A DNA stretch of 63,355 nt, the filler included, from Licmophora abbreviata (Eukaryota), in the NCBI GenBank assembly GCA_900291995.1. It is 54 parts of 54 records of this genome, joined end to end, with 100 filler letters (N's around TTAATTAATTAA, not from the genome) between each part and the next. Parts side by side here need not be neighbours in the genome. Positions count along the whole stretch, not along the records: positions 10,889 to 11,987 come from OLMU01006725.1; positions 12,088 to 13,183 come from OLMU01006726.1; positions 13,284 to 14,382 come from OLMU01006727.1; positions 14,483 to 15,578 come from OLMU01006728.1; positions 15,679 to 16,771 come from OLMU01006729.1; positions 16,872 to 17,963 come from OLMU01006730.1; positions 18,064 to 19,156 come from OLMU01006731.1; positions 19,257 to 20,350 come from OLMU01006732.1; 46 more parts are not named here. One strand, written 5' to 3'. Below are positions 10,889 through 22,824 of this stretch, in pieces. The notes below the pieces were generated by a model. It worked only from the letters and a program-made list of their open reading frames with translations, was not told the DNA's origin and searched no databases. The number at the start of each line of letters is the position of its first letter. Position 1 is the first letter of the stretch. Position numbers and translations under genes: made by a program.

Positions 10889-11987
10889 GTGTACACCTTC
10901 CACAAGGAGAAGTGTCGCCGTCGAAAGCCCACTGGATCCAATCGAAACAAATTCCGAACTTGGAACCGGAAGTCCGTCTAGCGTCACGGTTCCCATTGCC
11001 ACGTCCTCATCGTCGGAAATAATGGTAACATAGTGGGTGTTGAATTGGGCACCACCGACAGTTGAGAATGTGTATTCGCTGAGATATTGGTCCGTAGGGA
11101 TCATATTGCCCATGGCCGGGTCTCCGTCGACGGCTCCTGCAGAGGTGACGCCAGTCATGAACTGTACGACGAATATTGGTTTGTCACCCTCAAACAAGTA
11201 GTTGCCCGGCAGCTGAGCTGTCTCGAAGAACTCTCCTTTGTTGAGATTCACCAGTGAGGCGCCATCTTGAGTGACCGAAGTGTTGTCTTCTGCTGCAACG
11301 ATACGGTACACAGACCCGGACGGTCTCTGGGGGAGGTTGGCGACTGCGATGGATCGGCCCCAGGGTTGCACTGGCTGGGCCACTTGGAACGAATGGTCAC
11401 AGAACGCGACACCCTGTGGAATATTCGAGCAGGAATTTCCATTGGTCACAGTGACACGTTGCGATGCCACGATGGTCGATCCCGTCAACGTGGAGGCTGC
11501 GCCAGACTCTCTGCTAACTCGAGCGTAGTACGACTCGCCACGGTCCAGAGTCACGTTAAAGGCACCGTTGACAGCAAAATGGCCAAAGATGTTATTCGTC
11601 GGAGTGATCGTCACTACTGTGCCATCGAACACAGCGGTAACAACAAACCGAGCTCGATTTCTGTAATCCAAGACAATGTATTCTGTGTTGAGCGCGACAA
11701 TGGGAAATGCAAGCGCTGCATCGGATGTTCGTCTAATGCGGTTGATCATGTAAACGATGAAGTCGTCGGCTGCTCGTATTCTTACGGAGTTCGCGTTGTT
11801 AGAGCCCGGAGCCCAACCTTGAGCAGCTTCACTAGGCAGCGTAATGATCGTGATATTGTTGGGATCTACCATGACAGAGGATAGAAAGATCGTTCCAACA
11901 GGATATTCGACAATCACACTGGTAGTCGTATTTATGGAGGTCACATGGAGCTCGACGAATGGAGGATCATAGTTTTCCAAAAAGCTC
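10889..11987 (-). CDS. Partial CDS: IgGFc-binding protein N-terminal-like domain
   Basis: FLENY...LHVTS, SDAALAFPIVALNTEYIV, FVVTAVFDGTVVTI, CDHSFQVAQPVQPWG and GDPAMGNMIPTDQYLSEYTF. Confidence 0.8.
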
Positions 11988-12371
11988 NNNNNNNNNNNNN
12001 NNNNNNNNNNNNNNNNNNNNNNNNNNNNNNNTTAATTAATTAANNNNNNNNNNNNNNNNNNNNNNNNNNNNNNNNNNNNNNNNNNNNTTGCTCCAAAATA
12101 CCCCTCTTTAGTTTATAATATCCTCGGCATCCAAACCGCCTTACATCTTCATGTTGGTAGTAGGTGAGATGTGAGACGGCGCTTAGTCAAAGGCGGCGGA
12201 CGGACGCGCCCGTGGTGAGCTCTACGAGTACTCGTATCATATAGTTTTTGTCATCCAACGGCCAACGGATGACAGTGACGGTGCGATGGATGACCGTGCG
12301 GTCTGCACATTTATGTGATGGGATTGTGTGTTGTGTCACATAATAGACGAGCTTATGATAAACTACCAAGG

Positions 12372-13183
12372 ATGAAGCGAAGCTCCGATCCCCGACCGGC
12401 TTCAGGATCATCGTCCATCACCATCAACCATGCTGGTACCGGTATCATTAGACGACGCCGAGCATACGCCTGTAGTTGTCAAACTTCGAAAGCCATCAGA
12501 GGTCCGTTGCTTGTGATGTGGGTGATGGGGATGGCGACCATGTCTTGGTTTTGGGTGTCGTTGAGAGATAGTATCGACATGTTCTCTCTTTCGCCGGCTA
12601 TCATGCTCTCCAACGAAACCTCGCAAGTCGGCATCCTCAGTAGTCATTTTGATGGAAACGACGAGAGCAGACTACTCAATGCCCAACAAAATGACCGGGC
12701 CCTTTCCAATGAAAACTGCACCTGTGTCGACTGTCCGCAAGACCTGAACTGCGGGGGTCTCTGGAAAGGCGATGCCATAGGAGGGAACGCTTCTTCTTTC
12801 CCTTACGTGTCGATTGTGGTGTCCCATTGTCTTCATTCGCTCGATTGGCTGGCGGGTTTCTTGGAGGGCTTTCCAATTCGCAACGTCACTGTAATTTCCA
12901 AATGCAACGAACCAGTCGAGGGAGCACCGGTCGGATCTACCATAGTACGATTACCCAATGTCGGTCGTTGCGATCACACCTACGCTTACTGGATGGCAGA
13001 GTATGCGAAACGATCTGCTGATACTACTACAACTCAAGAAAAAGAAAACAATGAAGTTGTGGTCTTTCTCAAGGACAATCGCAGCGATGAGAGCATTCAT
13101 CAAATGGGCCTATGGCGCTCCTTGCATGATATGCTACGGATTGCTTCTAAGAATGGCTTTGCCTGTGGCATGGCACCGACTGG
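12372..13183 (+). CDS. Partial type II membrane protein with DUF3431-like domain
   Basis: Transmembrane helix, then IVVSHC..SLDWL, LPNVGRCDHTYAYW and VVVFLKD. Confidence 0.7.
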
Positions 13184-13341
13184 NNNNNNNNNNNNNNNNN
13201 NNNNNNNNNNNNNNNNNNNNNNNNNNNTTAATTAATTAANNNNNNNNNNNNNNNNNNNNNNNNNNNNNNNNNNNNNNNNNNNNCAGTGTTAACACTCACG
13301 AAGTGTTTAGTCTTAGAAAAGACTCTACTGAACGAGAAACC

Positions 13342-14382
13342 ATGACGCTTGTCAGGATTCCCAGGAAACCCAAAAACGAAGCCAAGCGCTCGTTTCGCTC
13401 TCCACCGATCCCCTTGGAACGGCCTGAGGCAAAAACGCTCAAGAAAGGTGAGTACATTACCCTGAAGTGTCGTACGACACCAGGAGACAACACCTCTGAG
13501 CAGTACGAGATCAGCATCCCGTATTTCAAGTCAGGAACTCCGGAGGAATTCCTGATTTTTCGAAAGAATTTCGATAAAATCGTCATCGGGCAGAACCTCA
13601 CTGGAGGCCCCGCAAAGTACGTGATGATGCGCCGCTTGTTGGAGGGAGATGCCCTCGCAGCCTTCAACCAGGCTGCCGCAGCTCACGGAAACGAGACCAA
13701 CCAGAATTTCGATTCTGCGGTCGACGATCTCACCACGCATGTCTTTCCGCAGCGTGCGTTGGCGATCCAGCGGCGCTACATGCGTCGTTACATGCGTAAA
13801 CCCCGCGACATGGGAACACGCCTCTATCTCATTCGTCTCACTGAGATGAACGAGTACCTGCGCCGTTTTCCAGACGGAGGCGACGACGCGGTTCTCACTG
13901 AGGAGGACCTCTGCGACATCTTGGAGTTTGGAATTCCCAACTCCTGGCAGAAGCGGATGACCCTGGATGGGTTTGACCCGCAACTCCATACTCCTACCGA
14001 GGTGATGGAGTACTGTGAACGCTCTGAGCGCACAGAAGATCTCGATTCTGAGACGAAATCTCGCGCCAAAAATGGCGCCGACGCGACGGGCAAGCGCGGT
14101 CGCGAAAACAAAAACAAAACTTCGTCGGAAGTTGGCGATTGCCTTCTTCACGGCCCTAACACGCATCCTACGGATCAGTGTTACTCCTTGAAGAAGCATG
14201 CTAAACGCATGAAGGGCGACAAAGAGACCAAGAATGGACACTCAAAGGGTCGTGGCTCTGACCGTCGTCAGGAATACGATCGAAAGAATTCCGATCGTCG
14301 TCCGTCCTCGTCCGACACCAAAACGCGCAAGCGCGAGCTCCTCGAGATTTTCAATAGCTCGACGGTGAAATCGATCATCTCC
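13342..14382 (+). mobile_element. LTR retrotransposon (probably Ty3/gypsy) gag fragment
   Basis: IPYFKSGTPEEFL, LTTHVFPQRAL..QRRYMRR and a C-x2-H-x4-H-x4-C knuckle (CLLHGPNTHPTDQC) before a basic tail. Confidence 0.75.
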
Positions 14383-14569
14383 NNNNNNNNNNNNNNNNNN
14401 NNNNNNNNNNNNNNNNNNNNNNNNNNTTAATTAATTAANNNNNNNNNNNNNNNNNNNNNNNNNNNNNNNNNNNNNNNNNNNNCAGCTTAATGTGATGGAG
14501 TGAATAAAAGAGACTTTGGGTGCATTACATGTTGCAGGTCGCAGGTCTACTCAAGTTCTATCCAAGCCT

Positions 14570-15577
14570 TTACAAATCCATGTCAAATACAGCCCCGGAC
14601 TGCGGCTTGAAGTGTTTTGGGTCTGACTCATTGTTCTCATGGGATTTGATGAGTTTTCCAAGCGCTCGAATCCCAGCTCCTGGATCAAACTGGACGCCGC
14701 GATATTGCAGCTCTTCACATACAGCAGCTGCATGTACATTCTTCAAATTCCCATAAGCTACCTTGCGCAACACTTTCGCTGTTAAAGTCAGGCCTCTAGC
14801 TCTCTGCCGTACGTTCTTTTGCTTCTGGACGGCCCCGGTAGTCTTGAAGTTGGTAACTCTTTTCTCGATACGTTTGGAACTGAAATGTTTGTCCTCGCGG
14901 ATGAGCAATCCCTTGAGTTGCGAACGTCTTTGCTTGTAAGCCACTGGATCCCTTGCTTCGATTTCGTCCAGCTTTCTGCCCCGGCGCTGTACATCCTTGA
15001 GTATGTATAGTGTCTTTGTTTTTCCTCTGAATCTCTCGGAACCGGATGATTGCTGGTGAAACAACATGCCTGACCGACCGATAGCTACAACCGATCGCAT
15101 CTGTTCCCTCTTGCCGGTCGCGGCAGCAATCTTGGCTTCTTTTACCCCACTCTCCACGAACTGCTGGTTTGAAGGAAGTGGGAGCAGATTATTAACAGCG
15201 AATTTTCGAAAGTTGCGAAGAGTCTCTGACAAAGCATCGACATCGTCTTGCCACATATCCCCGCCGGCTGCGATGACTTGCAATTCATTCTGTAAGTCCA
15301 GGATCTGGGGATGTTGACGCCGTGAGACGTGTCCTTGCGAAGCCAGGAATGTCCGAAAGTCACTGAGATTTACGGTACGACCATGAATTGGTGACTCAAA
15401 CACTACGGTCCATGGTAGCTGCCCGTTGACGGCTTGCTGCATTGAATGGGGGGGCAGGCCGAGGAGATACTGGGCAACGACCTTTGCTGTCGGAGCCTCT
15501 CCAGCAAGAGAAGTAACAATCAACTCGTTTGGCCAGCGCCTGAAGTGCTTTATGAGGGATGCCTTGGCCTCTGTAAG
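14570..15577 (-). mobile_element. Possible DNA transposase C-terminal fragment (hAT-like dimerisation region)
   Basis: KHFRRWPNEL..SLAGE and LPSNQQFVESGVKE resemble the P-S-x4-(V)ER signature. Weak, motif-only support. Confidence 0.35.
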
Positions 15578-15814
15578 GNNNNNNNNNNNNNNNNNNNNNN
15601 NNNNNNNNNNNNNNNNNNNNNNTTAATTAATTAANNNNNNNNNNNNNNNNNNNNNNNNNNNNNNNNNNNNNNNNNNNNTCCCATCAATCACAGCCAATCC
15701 ACCCATGTCACATCCGAGGCCACTACGAACCTATGCGACGAATGCGGACTGCTCCAAGCCCTTCACAAATGCCAATCCCCCACCAAGCCACGATGCCCCT
15801 CCTGCCAAGCAACC

Positions 15815-16771
15815 GTGACGGACTCAAACGTACCGTGCGACCTATGCATTGCTCTCTGGCTTTGCGTCAACAACTCCACCAAGCAACGAACTAGGGCTGT
15901 GCTTGCGACCACATCGACAGCCCCTCCGCCGATGCCACCAGTGTCGACAGCACCCCTCTCAACTGAAGATGTTCGGACTCCCGCCATAGCTCCTCACAGT
16001 GGATGCGATACACATACGAACAAGTCTCCCCTCCTACCAGCAACTCATAATGGTCAAGTCCAACGATATACACAACACGAGCGACTCCGACGACAACGCC
16101 AGGCCATAGTCAACACCATTAACCATCAGGGCCCCAAGACACGAGCCGGTAATATACACCGGAAAAAGCGCCACCACAAGCAGGAACAGCATCGAATTGC
16201 CACACTACAAGAGGCGCGAGCCGCCCGGGACACCCAATTGTCAACCAACCAGCGATCGACAGTCACCTTTGGTACTTCGCTTGTCCTCCGGTACGACAAG
16301 GCGACTTGCCCAGCTTCCCTCCGACAAAAACGAAAGCACTACACGCCTCCACGCCCAGCTCGTAACCTCCAAGCACCTGCACTACGAAAGCGTCGCCGCC
16401 TCATGCCCCTCGGCTCTGTGGACCAGAATGCAATGTCCCCCAATATACCCGGACACCCACCTTCCCTACCGAAACACGTTGTGCATCTTGAGGAAGTTGA
16501 GCACTGCGATACGGATGCCATCCAAGCCCCTCCACTAGACATCCCAACCGAATTCCTTCAATCAACCTACATGCTCCGGGGTCACCATGTGGCTGATTTT
16601 CTCAAACTTGTATTGCAAAAGCCCCGATTTGCAGCAATGCATGCGTCCCTCCTGCATCCATACTTCCTACGAAGCCTCCACGAACGAGGGTGGAGCGACG
16701 ATATCAACCAAAAACACTTTCGAAATGGCTTCATAACTGACGAATCGATCATGACTACTCGCTACCTCCGG
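15815..16771 (+). CDS. Partial ORF of unknown function, probably transposon-derived
   Basis: Long basic, Pro-rich ORF. The last ~70 aa (MLRGHHVADFLKLV...LLHPYFLRSL...W) weakly resemble the start of a Ulp1/C48 protease domain. Confidence 0.35.
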
Positions 16772-16871
16772 NNNNNNNNNNNNNNNNNNNNNNNNNNNNN
16801 NNNNNNNNNNNNNNNTTAATTAATTAANNNNNNNNNNNNNNNNNNNNNNNNNNNNNNNNNNNNNNNNNNNN

Positions 16872-17963
16872 AGAAAGGCTTAGTGGTTTGGCATAGCATC
16901 CTTAGCGACCTAAGGTGCGACGCCACAGGAGTGTGTTGGGAGATGTCTTTTTACCAATTCTAGGCGAAGAAAGCCTCTTGGGATCGATGACCCTCGCTGC
17001 AAAGGCGCAGCTCTCTCAAGCTCACTTCTATCGAATAATCTAGTAGACAACAGTGATTTAGTGTAAGACTACATCCGATCATCCTAGTGTTTGAGCTCAC
17101 TTCCAACATTATTCGATAGAAGCCCTCGGGAGCCCTATCGGAACATAGGAACGAGGTGGCCTTGATACAGGAACATCATCGCCAGAGTCATCGTGCGGTC
17201 ATTCTCAACGGACGAGAATCACGCCCATCGATACATCACATCGCGCCCCATCACATCACATCACGACAACGATAGTAACATCGACATCGTGAGACAAGTG
17301 AACAGCGCACACAAAGCAATCCTCTAACACCATGAGTGGTAGAGGTGGACGCGGCCGAGGTGGCCGTAGCAGCGGTCGAGGACGTGGCCGCGGGAGGAAC
17401 TACACGAGCCCGAGGAAGACCGCGAAGAAAGGACTTTGCGAAGCACTCGGAGCCAACGTGTTTGATTACGGACAGAAGGCGTCCGCAGACCTCATGCGGA
17501 CCACATGGGAGAAATTGGTACAATATGTCGGTATCAATTATGGAACAGAGATCAATGAGGAGTTGAAGACGAAGACGCGAGTAACGATCCCGGCACCCGC
17601 GTATAGCGAAGCAATCATGGCACGCCATGCAGCCAGGGAAGCAATGGTTCGAGCAGGTCAGAACAACATCCAAGCGGTTCGCAGGGCAAAGCTTGCAAGG
17701 CTCCAAGCGGTAGACCCCAGCGACGACCCGGATGCTGACATCAAAGTGGCAAATCTCATGAACGAGATCGCCGAGACGGACTATGAGATGCAACAGGACA
17801 TTCCCGTCAAGCTGACAGAAAGTGAGAAGTCAGAACGGGACAGCGAGCTCCGCACGTATCGTGAACTCCAGAACCAGCTGAAGAAGCAGCGTGGTCAAGT
17901 GTTCAACCTCATGCACGGACAGTGCACTCAGTTGCTCCAGGACAAGATGAAGCAGGATCTTGA
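16872..17963 (+). mobile_element. Copia-like 5' end: putative LTR end (~17108), leader and gag start (17332)
   Basis: Gag begins with an RGG-rich tail, then LGANVFDYG...TTWEKLVQYVG..YG and HGQCTQLLQDKMKQD. The LTR boundary is inferred. Confidence 0.75.
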
Positions 17964-18063
17964 NNNNNNNNNNNNNNNNNNNNNNNNNNNNNNNNNNNNN
18001 NNNNNNNTTAATTAATTAANNNNNNNNNNNNNNNNNNNNNNNNNNNNNNNNNNNNNNNNNNNN

Positions 18064-18352
18064 GGCCATGGTTCAGAATCATAGGATTGTCCACAACTCG
18101 GACGAGGACAGGCAATTTCACGCTCTCCCAAGGTGTTGTTTTAGGGGAGGCCATTGATTGCTCAACGGTCGCAGGTGCACTTTTGCGAACTGTGGCTTTC
18201 TCCCGCGCCTCTTCAATAGCCATGTCAGGGTCAGCGTGAGAGACTACAATGCGGGATATCCTCATCCATTCGAGGCAGAGGCATGACAAGGTACACAGGA
18301 CGGCATACGCCACCCGCCGAGTCGAGCCGCACGCAGCAAAACTGATTCGCAT
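18064..18352 (-). CDS. N-terminal fragment of a type II membrane protein
   Basis: ATG, basic residues, a hydrophobic helix and an open frame to the contig edge. Confidence 0.4.
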
Positions 18353-18788
18353 TGCCTTTCTCCACGACGATAACCACAGTCAGTACTAGCTGGCAGTGGA
18401 CACATGTTGATATTGTGAAGTGGCATGGTTCACGTCAAGCGGATCTAATCACGCTTGATGAGAAAGGGATGATACACCTGTGGTATGACACAGTCGCGCA
18501 GTAGAAGCGCGATGACCCCCGTGAATGATGATGGCGCATCCGATTTTTTAGTCGCTCGGGAATGAAGTGCTAGACGGCCACAGGTAGTCTCCCAGGCGAC
18601 AACGACCATGGTTTCTCGACAACTATGGTTCCGCTGTCGATAAAAATGTGTCCGTGACCTCTTCGTATTGTACAGCCTACATCTACAAGTACATGCACAA
18701 ACAACAGCTAAGACTTGAAGTAGGCACTGCGTACTAGCAGGCACAGATGCTGTTACATACTGCTGCTGGGGGGAGCTCAAACACATCT

Positions 18789-19156
18789 CTATCTAGGTAG
18801 AAGTGAGACATTCAAGCATGCTTTCACTTGACGTTGGAACTTCGCAACTATCAGGTCATGGAGCGCCTGCTCCTTGGCATTCCATGTCCGAATCATGTCA
18901 AGACTCTTGTCATCCAAGCCCTTCTTGCTTTGCGCCCCCTTGTTCGTCTGAGGCATCTCCATAGATCCGGTTCCACTAAAGTAGGCTGGAAGAAGGTTCT
19001 CCAGTATCACTAGCGTGAGCTGGAACTCTTCAAGAATACCAACAAAAAGGTAGCGATCGAGATTGGAAGCTGCAGTGGCAAAGGCTTCCGGCGACAAGGA
19101 CTGTAAACATTCTATTCCAAAACCACAAAAGTACTTGATCCAATTGTTGTTAGCCG
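18789..19156 (-). CDS. C-terminal fragment of a heparan-sulfate 2-O-sulfotransferase-like protein
   Basis: IKYFCGFGIEC...AASNLDRYLFVGILEEFQLTLVILENLLPAYF. Confidence 0.75.
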
Positions 19157-19266
19157 NNNNNNNNNNNNNNNNNNNNNNNNNNNNNNNNNNNNNNNNNNNN
19201 TTAATTAATTAANNNNNNNNNNNNNNNNNNNNNNNNNNNNNNNNNNNNNNNNNNNNTAAGAGGGGA

Positions 19267-19478
19267 TGTAACGCTAGCGTCTGACAGTCACGCATCAAGT
19301 GATGCGGGAACGAATGACTCGTGACTCCAGGAACGTCAGCGGCTAGTGACCTGCCAATGACTGCCCTGCGCGCGACTACACTTTTGAACCCAACACTCAC
19401 AATCAACAATCCACCAGAGGAAGTCATCACGTCGTCGTTGTCTATCGACCCTGTGTGTGTTAGTCTTCTGACGTTACA
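19267..19478 (+). mobile_element. 212-bp 3' LTR with upstream polypurine tract
   Basis: PPT AAGAGGGGA (19258-19266) directly before TGTAACG...CGTTACA, a perfect 7-bp terminal inverted repeat. Confidence 0.8.
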
Positions 19479-19954
19479 CTATTGCAATGGCATTGACGCA
19501 TCGTTACAGATCCAACCAGTGTTGGGTCCCTCTCAAGATGCCTGACAGCATTGTATATTGCAAAATGGTGTAGCGCATCATACAATCGAAGCACGAACCA
19601 AAGTAGGTGCATTTTGGTAGCTGACAAAAATGTCGGATTCCATCGTGGGGATCGATCAAAAATGACCTATTGCAATGGCATTGACGTTTCGTTACAGATC
19701 CAACCAGTGTTGGGTCCCTCTCGTCATGCCGGACAGCATGGTATATTGCAAAGTGGTGTAGCGCATCATACAGTCGATGCACGATCCAAAGTAGGTGCAT
19801 TTCGGTAGCTGACAAAATTGTTAGATTCCATCGTGGGGATCCACTCAAAGTGACCTATTGCAATGGCATTGACGCATCGTTCCAGATCCAACCAATGTTG
19901 GGTCCCTCTCAAGATGCCTGACAGCATTGTATATTGCAAAATGGTGTAGCGCAT
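19479..19954. repeat. 188-bp tandem repeat (satellite-like), about 2.5 copies
   Basis: Units start CTATTGCAATGGCATTGACG at 19479, 19667 and 19855, with scattered substitutions and identical spacing. Confidence 0.95.
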
Positions 19955-20350
19955 AGACCTCCCCAGTTCTTGTAGTATCCTCTGTGAATGCTACCCGCCG
20001 AGGCGTAGATGCTGCCGCCATCTCGGCCATCTTGCAGGTTACTCGCGACGGCGCCGATACCCCGACTCTTCAAGGTAAGTGTTCCTGGTAGAGTAGAAAC
20101 TTCGGCGGTTAACTGGTTGACAGCGGTGGGGTATGTGACGGACTCTGAGTCGACAGCTTGCTGTGCCTTAAGTGCAGCGACTGTTGCAACCAGTCCTGCA
20201 TGTTGAACGCCCTTGGTAAAGAGCCATCTCAATTTGGCATCGTCACTGTACTCTTCGTCCTCTTCACCGAAGATGGTGAACATCTTCTGGGCATGCGACA
20301 GGAAGGTTTTGAATTTCATCGCTCCCTCTCTCTTGTAGTGGAGATTCTCT
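19955..20350 (-). mobile_element. Copia (CoDi-type) gag fragment truncated at the satellite
   Basis: LHYKRERAMKFKTFLSHAQKMFTIF...AKLRWLF...GSIHRGYYKNW. Confidence 0.7.
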
Positions 20351-20450
20351 NNNNNNNNNNNNNNNNNNNNNNNNNNNNNNNNNNNNNNNNNNNNTTAATT
20401 AATTAANNNNNNNNNNNNNNNNNNNNNNNNNNNNNNNNNNNNNNNNNNNN

Positions 20451-20954
20451 CCCAATCGAGCGGAAACGCATGTCATCTTGGGCCATCTCCTCGGTCCTGA
20501 CCTCATTGAACGATACCATGTATACAACACTACTACTAGTAGACAAAGTAGTAGTGTCGAGACCGACACGGATTCAGATAGCAACACCACAATTCCACAA
20601 CATCCACCCGACCTTGTCTTGGCCACGGTCCAGTTTGGTACAAAGGTCGACGGTCATCCCGGCATGGTCCATGGTGGCATACTATCGCTTTTATTGGACG
20701 ATGTCATGGGCTATGCCTTTGAAGCCTTGCAAGTCCCACACGCCGTCACGGCCAATCTCAATGTCAACTATCGGAATCCTGTCCTGGCGGGTACGAGTGT
20801 TGTGATTCGAATACGACTGCAACAACAACAACCACGACAAGGACGCAAGTTGTATTTTGTAGCGCAAATGACCAATCCAGAAGGAAATATACTTTATGTC
20901 GATGCGACGAGTTTATTCATTATTCCAAAGGAGTATTACAATGATGAGACTTAG
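20451..20954 (+). CDS. Partial hotdog-fold acyl-CoA thioesterase (PaaI/THEM4-like)
   Basis: GHPGMVHGGILSLLLDDVMG and TANLNVNYRNPV. Confidence 0.88.
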   Translation, partial: PNRAETHVILGHLLGPDLIERYHVYNTTTSRQSSSVETDTDSDSNTTIPQHPPDLVLATVQFGTKVDGHPGMVHGGILSLLLDDVMGYAFEALQVPHAVTANLNVNYRNPVLAGTSVVIRIRLQQQQPRQGRKLYFVAQMTNPEGNILYVDATSLFIIPKEYYNDET

Positions 20955-21736
20955 CTTGACTCTATTATTCTAAAAAGGAAAGATCATTGCATTCGTTACC
21001 TACTCACTGATGCCACTACAGATACATACAGTGTCGTTCCACTCCACGACATAACTCTCCACCACCACTTTGACCCCCCTCAAAGAAGAGTGCTTTGATA
21101 AAGACCCACCAAGAGTCCCTTTTCTTCGACTGTCGCATTGATGAGTGGAACAAAACGTCCTCGACTTTTGTGCGGGTCGTCGTCGTACCGGTGACATACG
21201 TATGATATTGGAACGGAAAGGAAGTTTGTTTGTCTTGCATGCGTAGGTCGACCGTTAGGACAGACAGACAGACAGACCTAAGAAGGATGAAACGAAACTG
21301 CGCCGACTTCAGTCCTTACGTTTCAAGATTCCGTCCTTCCTACTACATCTATGTATATTGCTACACACTTGTTGGAATGATTCGCTTTCTCAATGGACTG
21401 TTCGCGAACCATCTGCCACCACGCAAAAAAGACATGCTTTTTGTGTTTTGTTCGCGTCTTGCTTCGCGAATCTTGGTCATTCTACACAAAAGATCCCAAG
21501 TATCCAGCAGCTGTCGTTGTGGATTCCACTCTCTCTCTTTNNNNNNNNNNNNNNNNNNNNNNNNNNNNNNNNNNNNNNNNNNNNTTAATTAATTAANNNN
21601 NNNNNNNNNNNNNNNNNNNNNNNNNNNNNNNNNNNNNNNNAAAGACCTTGTTGAACATGTGAGCAAGTTCCAAAGAGCGGGGCTCGATGTACATCTTGAT
21701 CGGGAAGGTCTTGACATATAATGATGGCGCCTCATG

Positions 21737-22723
21737 TCACCAACGTTGAACCAGGAGACGATTGTGCTCGAAGCCGTCGCGGGGAAGGCCCTTGGTGAGA
21801 TAATCGGCACGCTGGTCGACGGAGGCGACCTTGAGGAGCAGGAATTCGGAGGAGTGCTGCCAGAACCAGTGCCACTTGACGAGGAAGTACTTCGTGCGGT
21901 TGGTGACACGGTGGTTGGAGGCGAGGGTGAGTGCACCTTGGTTGTCTTCGAAGACACGGGCTTGAACGGAAGAGCTGATTTCCTGATCGATGCTGAGGGC
22001 GGCAACGAGTTCAAGGAGGATGCGTTTGAGAGGGATGAGTGTTTTCAAAGAATAAGACAAAGCTGAATACTCAGCCTCAAGGGTAGAAAGGGAAATGTGG
22101 GTCTGGAGTTGGGATTTCCACAGTAGGTACGCCGCTCAGCAGGATGATGTATCCCGTGCGCGAGCGCGCAGAGTTGACATCACGCGAATCCTCGCGACCG
22201 TGAAGTGAGCAAAATCGGCATCAACGAACAGGTCAAGGTTGAGTCTTCCTGTTGGTCGGATGATCGTCCCTTCATCACGGGTTCCAGCCAGGTATCGGAT
22301 GATGGTCTTCACGGCTGTAGCGTGGCTCTGTCGAGGAGCGGCGGTGAATCGGCAGACCTGGCTGACGGCGAAGGCGATGTCTGGGCGGCTGTTTCCTGAC
22401 AGGTACAGAAGCATGCCAACGATCGATGGGTAGCTCCATCGCTCGTCCATGGCGGGTCCATCGACATCGGCGCCGAGTGCGAGCTGAGTAGTGGGCAATA
22501 GATTCGGCTTGCAATTTTCTAGGCCGGCGGCTCCAATGACCTTGTCGATGAGTCCGCGCTGGGTCAGTTTATATTCGCGGTCGTCTTGTTGGGTGAACTT
22601 GATGCCGAGGAAGTCAGCGAAGCTGCCTTCCTTGGTGAGATCGAATCCTTTGGCTTGGAGGTCGGAGATGAACTTGTCGGCGATGCCTGGGTGTCGAGAG
22701 GCGATGCCGCGGTCGTCTTGTTG
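21737..22723 (-). mobile_element. Ty1/copia RT-RNase H fragment with frameshifts
   Basis: YPSIVGMLLYL..NSRPDIAFAVSQ, FVDADFA, STLEAEY, EDNQGA and ADYLTKGL. Overlaps the contig at 57741-58786. Confidence 0.93.
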
Positions 22724-22824
22724 NNNNNNNNNNNNNNNNNNNNNNNNNNNNNNNNNNNNNNNNNNNNTTAATTAATTAANNNNNNNNNNNNNNNNNNNNN
22801 NNNNNNNNNNNNNNNNNNNNNNNA

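Noticed and set aside
19479..19954. 188-bp repeat as CRISPR, 5S/tRNA array or coding repeat
   Set aside because: There are no spacers or recognisable RNA-gene motifs, and the unit length is not a multiple of 3.
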